Below, piece after piece: positions 32,362-42,382 of a DNA stretch of 64,000 nt. Every line of letters begins with the position of its first letter. Position 1 is the stretch's first letter. The notes beneath the pieces were generated by a model that ran no database searches, had not been told where the DNA came from, and worked only from the letters and a program-made list of their open reading frames with translations. Origin of the DNA: Pseudomonadota bacterium (GTDB lineage Bacteria > Desulfobacterota > Binatia > Binatales > Binataceae); contig JAJPHI010000006.1 of NCBI GenBank assembly GCA_021325355.1, positions 2,861-66,860 on the forward strand, given 5' to 3'. Made by a program: the position numbers and the translations under genes.

Positions 32362-33062
32362 CGGCGATCACCCTCCGCGAGCGCCGCTCGCGCGCGCCCG
32401 CTGCCGCGTCCAGAAGGCTGCGTCACGCGCTCGACGTACTTGACCAGTAGGTCGCTCTCGATATTGACCGCATCGCCCGGACGCTTGAATCCCAAAGTGG
32501 TCATCTTGAGGGTATGCGGGATCAGCGCGACCTGAAAGGTCGCCCCGGCCGACCGTTTGGCACCGCGCCCGTTGCCGTTCGCACGCGCGCGGCGCGCCGC
32601 TGCCACGGGTCGGATATTGAACACGGTCAGGCTGATACCGTCGATCGCCACCGAGCCCTTCTCGACCAGATACCGCGCCTGCGCCGCGGCAACTTCGAAG
32701 GTAAAGAGCTGCGAGTTGCCTTCCGGCGTAATCGCCGCGATCCGTCCGACGCCGTCAACATGCCCGGAAACCAGATGACCGCCGAGCAGTTTTTCGAGCG
32801 TCAGGCAGCGCTCGAGATTCACGCGATCACCCGGGTTAAGGCTGCCCAGCACGGTCCGCCGCAGGGACTCCGCCGAGACGTCCGCAGTAAAGGTACCGCG
32901 GCCCTTGCCGGTGACCGTCAGACAGCATCCATTGACGGCGATTGACTCGCCTATCGCCATACGCGCGAGCGGGAGCGCGGTGCGGATCGTGATCCGTACG
33001 CCATCGTTGACGGCGTCGATTCGCGCAATCGCGCCAAGGTCTTCGATGATACCGGTGAACAA
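32358..33062 (-). CDS. ribE: riboflavin synthase (alpha chain) with a low-complexity insertion
   Basis: 234 aa with a TTG start, MFTGIIEDLG, and two barrel repeats (NGCCLTV / DGISLTV ... LIPHT). Confidence 0.88.
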   Translation of the reverse strand: MFTGIIEDLGAIARIDAVNDGVRITIRTALPLARMAIGESIAVNGCCLTVTGKGRGTFTADVSAESLRRTVLGSLNPGDRVNLERCLTLEKLLGGHLVSGHVDGVGRIAAITPEGNSQLFTFEVAAAQARYLVEKGSVAIDGISLTVFNIRPVAAARRARANGNGRGAKRSAGATFQVALIPHTLKMTTLGFKRPGDAVNIESDLLVKYVERVTQPSGRGSGRARAALAEGDRR

Positions 33063-33188
33063 TACGGTGTCCCCAAAAAAAATCCAGAAAAATCTTACTT
33101 ATTGTCCGCGCAACTTACAAACTCCTTGCCGTTAGCGATTTCGGCCTCATCGCACTATGCTGCGGGGAGAACCCGAGGAGGATCACCG

Positions 33189-34850
33189 ATGGCCTTCGAT
33201 CTGCTCATCCGCGGCGGCACGATTGTGGACGGCCTTGGGGGCCCCGCGTATCCCGCCGACATTGGTATCAGCCACGGCAGGATCGCCGAAATCGGCCGAC
33301 TGCGCGCCAACGGCGCGCGTGAAATCAACGCCGACGGGCTCATCGTCAGCCCGGGCTTCATCGATCCGCACACTCATTATGATGGCCAGATCTGCTGGGA
33401 TCCGACCGTGTCGGCCTCGTCATGGCACGGCGTAACGACCGTCGTCATGGGCAACTGTGGGGTTGGTCTCGCGCCGTGCCGGCCTGCCGACCACGAGATC
33501 GCCACCTGGGATCTGGTCAATGTCGAGGGTATCCCGTTCGACGTTTTGCATCGGGGTGTCACCTGGGACTGGGAATCGTTTCCGCAATACCTGGACGCGG
33601 CCGATCGGCGCGGCGCGGCGATCAATCTGGCCTGCCTGGCGCCGCTCACTCCGTTTCGGCATTACGTGATGGGCGAGGCTTCGATGGAACGCGCGGCCAC
33701 GGCCGAAGAAACCGCTTCTATCCGGAGCCTGCTCAAGGAAGCGATCGCGGCCGGCGCCTTCGGTTTCAGCACCAGCACGGCGCCGCAGCATATCGGCTAC
33801 AAGGGCCGGCCGCTGGCGTGCCGGCTGGCCGATCGCAATGAGCTTGCCGCCTATGCGAGCGTGTTGAAGGAGCTTGGCAAGGGCACGATAGAACTTATCG
33901 CGAACCGCCGCGTTGACGTCATCGCGCCCGACGAATGCGCTCTGCTCGACCTCCTGCTCGAGCAGAGCGGACGCCGTATCACCTGGCTGGTTCTCCGCAA
34001 GTTCATCCATCAGCCGGACAGCTACAAGGCGATGCTGCAGGCGGCTGACGGACCGATTCGACGGGGCGCGCTGCCGCAGTTGGCCACGATGCCGCTGACG
34101 ACCGAGATGGGCCTCGCGCAGCCGTCGATCTCCTTTGCGCCGTATAAGTCGTGGCAGGGCGCCTTCAACGCCTCAGCCGAAGACCTGCGACGGCTTTACA
34201 GCAGCGGCGATTTCCGCAGCGCCTTTCGCGAAGAACTGAAGGGACCCGGCCTTTTCCATGGCCGTTGGGACCTGGTCACGGTCAATTTCGCCAAAAATCC
34301 CGCGATGCAGCCGCTGATCGGCAAAACCATCGAGGAGATTGCGCGCGAGCGCGGCAAGGACGGGCTCGACACCTTCTTCGACCTCGTGCTCGAAGACAAC
34401 CTCGAGCTTATCTACAGCGTCGTGCGCACCGACGTGCCGACCGAACTGCTCGACGACCCGCGCGTGTTGATTGGCGAGTCCGACGGCGGCGCTCACGTCG
34501 ATCAGTTCTGCACCGCCGGCTATACCAGCCAGACGATCGGCACCTGGGTCCGCGACGCGCAGATCCTGACGCTCGAGCGCGCGATCCAGCGCATGACCGC
34601 CGAAGCCGCGGACTTCTTCGGTATCCGCGATCGTGGCCGCCTGGTGGCGGGCGCCGCCGCCGACCTCGTGATTTTCGATTTCAACAATATCGGCTGTGAA
34701 CCCGCCGAGGCCGTGAACGATCTGCCGGGCGGCGGCCGCCGCATGATCGTCAGGCCGCGCGGTATCGAGCATGTAATCGTCAACGGCCGCCCGATTTTCA
34801 CCGCAGGCCGCTACTCCGGCGAGACGCCGGGCCGCGTCCTGCGCTCCTAG
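33189..34850 (+). CDS. N-acyl-D-amino-acid deacylase (D-aminoacylase)-like amidohydrolase
   Basis: Track ORF 33102 trimmed to the ATG at 33189 (GGAGGA RBS). It has MAFDLLIRGGTIVDGLG and GFIDPHTHYDGQ, and an Amidohydro_3-like length. Confidence 0.8.
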   Translation: MAFDLLIRGGTIVDGLGGPAYPADIGISHGRIAEIGRLRANGAREINADGLIVSPGFIDPHTHYDGQICWDPTVSASSWHGVTTVVMGNCGVGLAPCRPADHEIATWDLVNVEGIPFDVLHRGVTWDWESFPQYLDAADRRGAAINLACLAPLTPFRHYVMGEASMERAATAEETASIRSLLKEAIAAGAFGFSTSTAPQHIGYKGRPLACRLADRNELAAYASVLKELGKGTIELIANRRVDVIAPDECALLDLLLEQSGRRITWLVLRKFIHQPDSYKAMLQAADGPIRRGALPQLATMPLTTEMGLAQPSISFAPYKSWQGAFNASAEDLRRLYSSGDFRSAFREELKGPGLFHGRWDLVTVNFAKNPAMQPLIGKTIEEIARERGKDGLDTFFDLVLEDNLELIYSVVRTDVPTELLDDPRVLIGESDGGAHVDQFCTAGYTSQTIGTWVRDAQILTLERAIQRMTAEAADFFGIRDRGRLVAGAAADLVIFDFNNIGCEPAEAVNDLPGGGRRMIVRPRGIEHVIVNGRPIFTAGRYSGETPGRVLRS

Positions 34851-34870
34851 CGAGCCGAGGGAGACCCGTG

Positions 34871-36130
34871 ATGGCTGAAACTGAACGCAAACGCCGCCCG
34901 CTCGAAGGTGTGCGCGTCATCGATCTCACCAAAATCGTCGCCGGACCCAACTGCACCCGGATGCTGGCGACGATGGGCGCCGAGGTGATTCGCCTCGAAT
35001 GGCATGATCAGCGCGCGCTCGATCTCCTGCGCATGGTCAATCCGAAGGCGCCGGGTGGGGACGAGGAAAGCCTGAACCGCAGCGGCCTGTTCAACAATAT
35101 CAACGCCGGCAAGTATGGCGCGACGCTCAACCTGAGCCTTCCGCAGGGCCGCGACTTGCTCAAGCGGCTCGTCGCGAAGTCCACCGTGCTGTGCGAAAAC
35201 TACAGCCCCAACCAGATGGAAAAATGGGGCCTCGGCTACCAGGAGCTCTCGGCCGTCAACCCGCGGCTCATCTATATGCAGATCACCGGGATGGGTAAGT
35301 CGGGGACCTACAACGGCTACTTGAGCGTCGGACCGACCGCGCAGGCGCTCTCCGGTCTGACCCATATGTCGGGTCTGCCGGAACCGATGCCGCCGGCCGG
35401 ATGGGGTTATTCCTATCTCGATCATTCGACCGGTTACTACGGCGCGATGCTGGTCATGGCCGCGCTGCTGAAGCTTCGGCGCACCGGCAAGGGTTGCTAT
35501 ATCGACGTCTCGCAGACCGAAGTCGGCCTGATGACCACCGGGACCGCGGTTCCCGCAGCGCAATTATTCGGCCGCAAGACCCCGCGCCTCGGCAATCGGG
35601 CAGCGGAAACCTGGGCGCCGCACGGCGCCTATCCCTGTCGCGGCGCGGACGAATGGATCGCGATCGCCGTCCAAACTGACGAGCACCGGCAGGCGTTGCG
35701 CGCGGAAATCGGCGATGCCTCCTGGGCACACGACGCGCGCTTCGCGACGGCCGCCCTGCGCAAGGCCAACGAGGACGAACTCGATAGCCGTCTCGCCGCC
35801 TGGACCCGTGATCACGACCGCTACGATCTGATGAATCGCCTGCAGCGGCGGGGCATTCCGGCCGCGGCCGTACAAAACGCCGCCGATCGTTGCGAACGCG
35901 ACGCGCAGCTCAAGGCGCGCGGCTACTTCGTGCCGCTGCCCCATAGCGAGATCGGCACCTGGGCGGTCGAAAATTTCCCCGCCAGGTTTGGGGCGATGCC
36001 GGTCGAGGTCGGCGGATTGCCCGGGCGCGGCGCGCCCATGATCGGTGAAGACAACGACTACGTCTATCGCGAGCTCCTCGGCCTCTCTCCCGAAGAGATC
36101 GCGACCCTGCAAGAGGAGATGGTGATTTGA
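34871..36130 (+). CDS. family III CoA-transferase (CaiB/BaiF)
   Basis: About 419 aa (a GTG at 34868 is also possible). It has GVRVIDLTKIVAGPNCTRMLATMGAEVIRLE. Confidence 0.85.
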   Translation: MAETERKRRPLEGVRVIDLTKIVAGPNCTRMLATMGAEVIRLEWHDQRALDLLRMVNPKAPGGDEESLNRSGLFNNINAGKYGATLNLSLPQGRDLLKRLVAKSTVLCENYSPNQMEKWGLGYQELSAVNPRLIYMQITGMGKSGTYNGYLSVGPTAQALSGLTHMSGLPEPMPPAGWGYSYLDHSTGYYGAMLVMAALLKLRRTGKGCYIDVSQTEVGLMTTGTAVPAAQLFGRKTPRLGNRAAETWAPHGAYPCRGADEWIAIAVQTDEHRQALRAEIGDASWAHDARFATAALRKANEDELDSRLAAWTRDHDRYDLMNRLQRRGIPAAAVQNAADRCERDAQLKARGYFVPLPHSEIGTWAVENFPARFGAMPVEVGGLPGRGAPMIGEDNDYVYRELLGLSPEEIATLQEEMVI

Positions 36131-37389
36131 GCAAGCCGATTCTGAGTGACGCGCTCGCAGGTGTGACGGTCCTTGAAGTCGGCGATGCGCGCGGCGAGTT
36201 TGCCGGCTTGTTGCTCGCCTCGATGGGCGCCGAAGTGCTCCGCCTCGAAGGCCGCCGCGGCTCCCATTCGCGGCGGGTCGGCCCTTACACCACGCCCATG
36301 CCCGATCCCGAGCACAGCCTGTGTTTTTCGCGCTACAACCTCGGCAAACGCAGCGTAACTCTCGAAGTTGACCATCCGGCAGCCGCCGAGGCCTTCGCCC
36401 GGCTCGCCGCCCGCGCCGATATCATTATCGATGGGGGTGAGGCGACGACAGTTGCGCGCCGCCTCGAGCGCTATCAGCAATGGCGCACCGCGCGTCCCCG
36501 ACTGATCGTCTGCACGATCACGCCGTTTGGCCTCGATGGGCCGTATCGCGACCTCAAAATGACCGATCTGACCCATCTCGCGATGGGCGGCGTGATGATG
36601 TCCTGCGGCTACGATCCGCAACCCGACGGCACTTACGACACGCCGCCGATCGCGCCCGCCATGTGGCAGGCCTATCATATCGCCTGCGAGCACGCCGTGC
36701 TCGCGCTTACCGCGGCGCTCAATTATCGCGAGCTGACCGGACAGGGCGATGTGATCGATCTGTCGATCCACGAGGCCGTCAGCACCTGCACCGAAGTGGC
36801 GATACCCACCTGGATCTACAACCAGGCGCTGGTCCATCGCCAGACCGGGCGTCACGCCGCCGAACGTCGGTCGCGGCCCTGGTTGCGCAAAACCAGCGAT
36901 GGACGCTACGTCAAGGCCTTCATGTTCTGGGGTGGGCACGAGCGCCGCGTGATTGCACAGATGATGACCGAGGCGGGCGTCGAACACGACCTGGACAGCG
37001 AGAGTTATCGTGAGCTGGCGAAGAATTCGCCCTCAGAAGCCGGCGCGCACTTCAGCGCGATGATCGACCGCTTCTGCGCGGCGCTGCCCGCCGAAGAGAT
37101 CTTCCATCGCGCGCAGGCCAAGGGTCTGCTGTGGGCCAGCGTGCGCTATCCCGAGGAAAACCTCGACGATCCCCATTTCCAGGCGCGTGGAACCTTTCAG
37201 CCAATCGAACATCCGGAGCTCGGTCGACCGCTGTCGTATCCGGCTTCGGTCGGCACCGACGGCCGCGATCCGGTAACGCGCTTCGCCCGCCCGGCGCCGC
37301 GCCTCGGCGAACATACGCGAGAGGTGCTGACCGCGGCCGGACTCAACGCGGCGGAGATCGATCGTCTGGCCGCCGCCGAAGCGATCTAG
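36127..37389 (+). CDS. family III CoA-transferase (divergent paralog)
   Basis: 420 aa. The TTG start overlaps the upstream TGA. It has GVTVLEVGDARGEFAGLLLASMGAEVLRLE and a C-terminal DPHFQARG. Confidence 0.75.
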   Translation: MSKPILSDALAGVTVLEVGDARGEFAGLLLASMGAEVLRLEGRRGSHSRRVGPYTTPMPDPEHSLCFSRYNLGKRSVTLEVDHPAAAEAFARLAARADIIIDGGEATTVARRLERYQQWRTARPRLIVCTITPFGLDGPYRDLKMTDLTHLAMGGVMMSCGYDPQPDGTYDTPPIAPAMWQAYHIACEHAVLALTAALNYRELTGQGDVIDLSIHEAVSTCTEVAIPTWIYNQALVHRQTGRHAAERRSRPWLRKTSDGRYVKAFMFWGGHERRVIAQMMTEAGVEHDLDSESYRELAKNSPSEAGAHFSAMIDRFCAALPAEEIFHRAQAKGLLWASVRYPEENLDDPHFQARGTFQPIEHPELGRPLSYPASVGTDGRDPVTRFARPAPRLGEHTREVLTAAGLNAAEIDRLAAAEAI

Positions 37390-37466
37390 CCGCCGAGCTG
37401 GTCCTTCGATGACGATCGTCGGCAGCGGCCGCAATTCATCGGCGAGGCCCATGCTAAGCTAGCCGT

Positions 37467-38246
37467 ATGGCCGGTAACGACGCTGAAAACTTCGCGCGCC
37501 TGGCGGCGATTGTGCGCGAGCTGCGCGCCAAGTGTCCGTGGGATCGCGAGCAAACCCTCGCCACATTGGGCAAGCATCTGATCGAAGAGGCTTACGAAAC
37601 CGCCGACGCGATCGATTCGCAAGCCGCTTCAGGAATTGCCGATGAGCTCGGCGATCTCCTCGCGCAGAGCATCTTTGCCGCGGTCATCGCTGAACAGGAA
37701 ACCGCGCTTTCACTCAACCAGATCCTGACCCAGGCCGCGGACAAACTCATCCGCCGTCATCCGCATGTCTATGGCGAAAACAAGGCGGAAACTGCCGACG
37801 AAGTGGTCGCGAACTGGAGCCGGATCAAGGCCGAAGAGCGCCGGCGGGCCGGCGCGCAGTCGGCCCTCGATGGCGTCGGGCGCGCAATGCCGGCGCTGCT
37901 GCGCGCGGAAAAACTCGGCCTCCGGGCGCGCGACGCCGGGATGGACTGGGCGGATATCCACGCCGTCCTCGCCAAGGTGCGCGAAGAGATGGACGAGGTC
38001 GAAGGCGCCCTCTCGCGCAACGATCTGAGCGCCGCCGCTGAAGAACTGGGCGATATGCTGCTGGCGCTCGGCAACGCTCCGCGCTTTATCGGGCAAAGTG
38101 CCGAAGAGGTGCTGCGGCGCGCGTGCGATAAGTTCGCGCGACGGTTCCGGATGGTCGAAGCCCGCGCCGCCGCCAAAGGCCTCGAACTGACCCAGTTGAC
38201 TCCGGCGCAAATCGACCAGCTCTGGCAGGCGGTCAAGCTCGACTGA
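37467..38246 (+). CDS. mazG: nucleoside triphosphate pyrophosphohydrolase MazG
   Basis: 259 aa with LRAKCPWDREQT and two MazG EExxE-type repeats. Confidence 0.88.
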   Translation: MAGNDAENFARLAAIVRELRAKCPWDREQTLATLGKHLIEEAYETADAIDSQAASGIADELGDLLAQSIFAAVIAEQETALSLNQILTQAADKLIRRHPHVYGENKAETADEVVANWSRIKAEERRRAGAQSALDGVGRAMPALLRAEKLGLRARDAGMDWADIHAVLAKVREEMDEVEGALSRNDLSAAAEELGDMLLALGNAPRFIGQSAEEVLRRACDKFARRFRMVEARAAAKGLELTQLTPAQIDQLWQAVKLD

Positions 38247-38309
38247 GGCCCTCGACTCGCCTCGGGGCCGTTGACGCAATCGGCACCCGCTGTTAGGTTG
38301 AGGCGCGAT

Positions 38310-38600
38310 ATGCCCCATATTCCGGTACATCCGTCGGCCGAGAAGCGGCATCGGCAGAGCCTCAAGCGGCAGGCGCGGAATCGCCTGATCAAGTCACGCG
38401 TCCGCACGATCGCGAAAAACACGCTCGAGGCACTCGAAGGCAAGGACGCCAATGCCGCCGCCGAAGCGCTGCGCGCGGCCATGAAAGCCTTCGACAAGGC
38501 GGCGAGCAAAGGTGTGATTAAACGCAACACGGCGTCGCGAAAAATCGCGCGCCTGTCGAAACGGCTTCATCAGATGAAGTCGTCCGCCCAGGCCTCCTAG
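38310..38600 (+). CDS. rpsT: 30S ribosomal protein S20
   Basis: Track ORF 38271 trimmed to the ATG at 38310. SAEKRHRQSLKRQARN is present in a basic helical protein of 96 aa. Confidence 0.9.
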   Translation: MPHIPVHPSAEKRHRQSLKRQARNRLIKSRVRTIAKNTLEALEGKDANAAAEALRAAMKAFDKAASKGVIKRNTASRKIARLSKRLHQMKSSAQAS

Positions 38601-38655
38601 GTCGACGCCTCCGCCAGCGCGCATAAGAAATCTCTCGCAGACCGCTCAGCGCGGC

Positions 38656-39948
38656 TTGGCGTGGCCGGCGGTCGCCCTCCTCACACTGTTCATTGCGGCT
38701 GCTCCGGCTTCCGCCGCCAATCCGACCGTCGCCCTCATCGCGATTGAGGGCGCGATCAATCCGGCGTCGGCGGATTTCATCCGTGACTCGATAGCGCAAG
38801 CGGCGGAGAACGGCGCCGCGGCGCTCGTGATCGAACTCGATACGCCGGGCGGGATGCTGACTTCGGCCCAGGCTATCGTCAAGGCGATCCTGAATGCGCC
38901 ATTGCCGATAATTGTTTATGTCGCGCCGTCCGGCGCCAGCGCCGCCTCCGCCGGGACCTTTATCACCGAGGCGGCGAATATTGCCGCGATGGCGCCCGGA
39001 ACTTCGATCGGCGCGGCCCATCCGGTCGAGGCTGGCGGCGAGGACCTGCCAAGCGCAATGAGCGAAAAGATCGAGAACTTTACCGCCTCGTACGCGCGCG
39101 CGATCGCCCATCAGCGCGGACGCAACGAAGCGTGGGTCGAAGACGCGGTGCGCAAGAGCGTCGCGATCAGCGACACCGAGGCGCTGAAACTCCATGTAAT
39201 CGATTTGATTGCGCCCGATCTCGCGAGCCTGCTCAAGGAGGCTTCGGGGCGCTCCGTGACCGTCCAAGGCCGCACCTTTCCGCTGGCGCTCGCGCACGCC
39301 GACGTGCAGCGCTATCAGATGCGCTTCGGCGAGAGCCTGCTCAACCGCCTCGCCGATCCGAACCTGATGTACCTCCTGATGATCGCCGGCGTGATCGGGC
39401 TCTACTTCGAGTTCGCCCACCCGGGGGTCTTTCTGCCCGGCGTGATCGGCGCCATCTGTCTGCTGCTCGCCCTGGTTTCGTTCGAGGTAATCCCGATCAA
39501 CGTCGCGGGTTTTCTGCTGATCCTGCTGGGAATCGCGATGCTCACGTCGGAGTTGTTCGTCACCAGCTACGGGATCCTCGGGATGGGCGGCGTGGCGGCC
39601 TTCCTGATCGGTTCCTTTCTGCTGGTCGATCGTTCGGCAACCAACCTGACGGTCGATCGCGCCGAGATCTTCGGCGCTTCGGCAACGCTCGCGGCGATTA
39701 TTCTCGGCGTTGGCTATGTCGCGTTCAAAGAACGGGGACGGCGCGCGCAGACCGGCCGCGAAGGACTGATCGGTGAAGTCGGCATCGTGCGTGAGGCGAT
39801 CGCGCCCGGCGCTCCCGGCCGCGTCTTCGTGCATGGCGAAATCTGGCGCGCTTCATCCACCGCGGTGATTCCCGCCGGCGCTCAGGCCGAGGTCACGGCG
39901 GTCAACGGCCTCGAACTGATGGTGCGCCCGAGCGACGCGCGGAACTGA
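38656..39948 (+). CDS. NfeD-family membrane-bound ClpP-class serine protease
   Basis: 430 aa with a signal peptide, a ClpP-like domain (APSGASAASAGTFI), TM segments and a C-terminal OB (NfeD) domain. Confidence 0.85.
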   Translation: MAWPAVALLTLFIAAAPASAANPTVALIAIEGAINPASADFIRDSIAQAAENGAAALVIELDTPGGMLTSAQAIVKAILNAPLPIIVYVAPSGASAASAGTFITEAANIAAMAPGTSIGAAHPVEAGGEDLPSAMSEKIENFTASYARAIAHQRGRNEAWVEDAVRKSVAISDTEALKLHVIDLIAPDLASLLKEASGRSVTVQGRTFPLALAHADVQRYQMRFGESLLNRLADPNLMYLLMIAGVIGLYFEFAHPGVFLPGVIGAICLLLALVSFEVIPINVAGFLLILLGIAMLTSELFVTSYGILGMGGVAAFLIGSFLLVDRSATNLTVDRAEIFGASATLAAIILGVGYVAFKERGRRAQTGREGLIGEVGIVREAIAPGAPGRVFVHGEIWRASSTAVIPAGAQAEVTAVNGLELMVRPSDARN

Positions 39949-40078
39949 CGGTCGCTGCCACGCACCGGCCGGCGTCTCCGCCACGCCATCGCTAAGCCTG
40001 CGCCCTCGCACGCTTTGGCTCGGGCGGTTCGCTTGTGCGGACGGCTGATGTATGAAATAGCGCTGATGAGGTGATTCC

Positions 40079-40882
40079 ATGGGAATCGGCATCGGCCTCG
40101 CTCTGTTAATCGCGATTATCTTCATACTGAGCGGCCTGAAAATCCTGAACGAGTACGAGCGCTCGGTGGTGTTCCGCCTCGGCCGCCTGACCGCGTATCG
40201 CGGACCCGGCGTGGTTTTTATCATCCCGCTGCTCGAACGTCAGGTCCGCGTCGACCTGCGGACGGTCACGCTCGAAATCCCCGCCCAGGACGTCATCACC
40301 AAGGACAACGTCACGGTCAAGGTGAGCGCGGTGCTTTATTTCCGCGTCGTCGATCCCTCGCGCGCGGTGACGGAAGTCCGCGACTTTCTCTTTGCGACAC
40401 TTCAACTGGCGCAGACCACGCTCCGCTCAGTCGGTGGCCAGACCGATCTCGATGATCTCCTGAGTCAGCGCGAAAAGCTCAATACCAAGATCCAGGAGAT
40501 CATAGATCAGCAGACCGAGCCGTGGGGTATCAAGGTGATGCTGGTGGAGCTCAAAAATATCGACCTGCCGCAGGATATGCAGCGGGCGATCGCGGCGCAG
40601 GCCGAGGCCGAACGCGAGCGCCGCGCCAAGGTTATTGCGGCCGAAGGCGAATATCAGGCGGCGCAGCGCCTCGCGGAGGCCGCCGAGATCATGAGTCATA
40701 GTCCGATAACCTTGCAGCTCCGCTACCTGCAGACCCTCGCCGAAATTGCCACGGAGCATAACTCGACGACCGTCTTCCCTTTGCCAATCGACCTCATCGA
40801 GCCCTTCCGTCGCCTCGCCGGTGGCCTATCGACTACGGATTCGTCCGCGCCGCGCGCGCCTGACAAGACCGACAAGAGCTGA
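40079..40882 (+). CDS. SPFH/band-7 (stomatin-like) protein
   Basis: 267 aa with an N-terminal [14 protein letters not shown], a PHB domain and a coiled-coil [12 protein letters not shown]. Confidence 0.9.
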   Translation: MGIGIGLALLIAIIFILSGLKILNEYERSVVFRLGRLTAYRGPGVVFIIPLLERQVRVDLRTVTLEIPAQDVITKDNVTVKVSAVLYFRVVDPSRAVTEVRDFLFATLQLAQTTLRSVGGQTDLDDLLSQREKLNTKIQEIIDQQTEPWGIKVMLVELKNIDLPQDMQRAIAAQAEAERERRAKVIAAEGEYQAAQRLAEAAEIMSHSPITLQLRYLQTLAEIATEHNSTTVFPLPIDLIEPFRRLAGGLSTTDSSAPRAPDKTDKS

Positions 40883-41002
40883 GCGTTCGGTTCGCCGTTG
40901 GCGCCGGTCAAACCGTGGTCGGCGAGGTGCTTGCCTCCGCTGTATTATCTGCATATATGTTGACCATCTCTATATGTATGTTGATCCACACCGGAGGCCG
41001 CC

Positions 41003-42379
41003 ATGAGCCGTCAGGCAGGAGCAATCGCGCATCGAACATGGACCGCGCTCGGCGGCGATCCCGCCGATCTTGAAGCCGTCCGCTTCGTCGGTGAAGGCGG
41101 GCTGCCGTCCGTCTATCCGGTGACCGATTTTGCCGCCGGCGCTATCGCAAGTGCGGGACTCGCGATACGCGAACTGCTGCGGCTGCGCCATCCGCACGCC
41201 GCCTCGACGGTGATGGTCGACCGCCGTCTGGCTTCCTTCTGGTTTGGTTTTTCATTGCGGCCGCTCGGATGGCAGCCGCCGCCAATCTGGGATCCGATCG
41301 CGGGCGATTATCGCGCCGCCGACGGCTGGATCAGACTGCATACCAATGCGCCGAGGCATCGCGCCGCCTGCGAGCGCATATTGGGTGTTCAGACTGATCG
41401 CGCCGGCGTGGCAGCGGCGGTCGCGCGATGGGCCAAAGGCGAACTCGAGAGCGCGATCGTCAGCGCCGGCGGATGTGCCGCCGAGATGCGCTCGACGAGC
41501 GAATGGAAGCGTCATCCGCAGGGACGCGCGGTCGACCGCGAGCCGCTGGCGCATCTGGCGCACACCGCGGGCGCTCCCGCGCCGAACTGGTCGCTCGCGA
41601 CCGCGCGTCCGCTCGAAGGAATCAGGGTTCTGGATCTGACTCGCGTGCTGGCCGGACCCGTAGCGACGCGGTTTCTGGCGGGCTATGGCGCCCAGGTACT
41701 CCGCATTGATCCGCGGGATTGGGACGAAGGCGCGGTGATTCCCGAAGTGACGCTCGGCAAGCGCTGTGCGCGCCTCGATCTGCGCGCGGCCGCCGATCGC
41801 GAGGGCTTTCGGCGGTTGCTGGGTGAGGCCGATGTGCTGATCCACGGTTATCGACCCGGCGCGCTCGATGCTCTGGGCTTCGATTCAGCCGCACGGCGCG
41901 ATCTGGCGCCGGGCCTTGTCGATATTTCCCTGGACGCCTATGGATGGTCGGGGCCATGGGCCGCGCGTCGCGGCTTCGATAGCCTCGTCCAGATGAGCAC
42001 CGGCATCGCGGAAGCCGGGATGCGTTGGCGAAAGGCCGACCATCCGGTGCCGCTGCCGGTGCAGGCGCTCGATCACGCCACCGGCTACCTGATGGCCGCG
42101 GCGGCAATCCGCGGATTGACGCGCCGCCTGACCGATGGCGCAGCGACCGTGGCCCGCCTATCCCTCGCGCGGACCGCCAGCGTGCTGATCGCAGCCCGCG
42201 CGAATCCGGGGGAAAATCCGCTGGCTCCCGAAGCGCTCGACGATCTCGCGAGCGAAACCGAAGAGACCGACTGGGGAGCGGCGCGGCGCCTCCGCCCGCC
42301 GCTCGTCATCGCCGAGACGCCGTTACGATGGGATCGGCCGGCCCGGATGCTCGGCACGTCGCCGCCAGACTGGAGCTGA
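41003..42379 (+). CDS. family III CoA-transferase-related protein with a long N-terminal extension
   Basis: 458 aa with GGAGG RBS. The CaiB-type motif GIRVLDLTRVLAGPVATRFLAGYGAQVLRIDP begins only at about residue 205. Confidence 0.65.
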   Translation: MSRQAGAIAHRTWTALGGDPADLEAVRFVGEGGLPSVYPVTDFAAGAIASAGLAIRELLRLRHPHAASTVMVDRRLASFWFGFSLRPLGWQPPPIWDPIAGDYRAADGWIRLHTNAPRHRAACERILGVQTDRAGVAAAVARWAKGELESAIVSAGGCAAEMRSTSEWKRHPQGRAVDREPLAHLAHTAGAPAPNWSLATARPLEGIRVLDLTRVLAGPVATRFLAGYGAQVLRIDPRDWDEGAVIPEVTLGKRCARLDLRAAADREGFRRLLGEADVLIHGYRPGALDALGFDSAARRDLAPGLVDISLDAYGWSGPWAARRGFDSLVQMSTGIAEAGMRWRKADHPVPLPVQALDHATGYLMAAAAIRGLTRRLTDGAATVARLSLARTASVLIAARANPGENPLAPEALDDLASETEETDWGAARRLRPPLVIAETPLRWDRPARMLGTSPPDWS

Positions 42380-42382
42380 GTG

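Noticed and set aside
33063-33188. Possible FMN riboswitch upstream of ribE
   Set aside because: Only about 126 nt are available, shared with a divergent gene. I could not find conserved FMN-element segments on the ribE-sense strand. The region looks like a plain AT-rich divergent promoter.
38518-39834. 438-aa ORF antisense to the NfeD gene
   Set aside because: It is a shadow ORF with an Arg/Asp/Gly-rich translation and no motifs.
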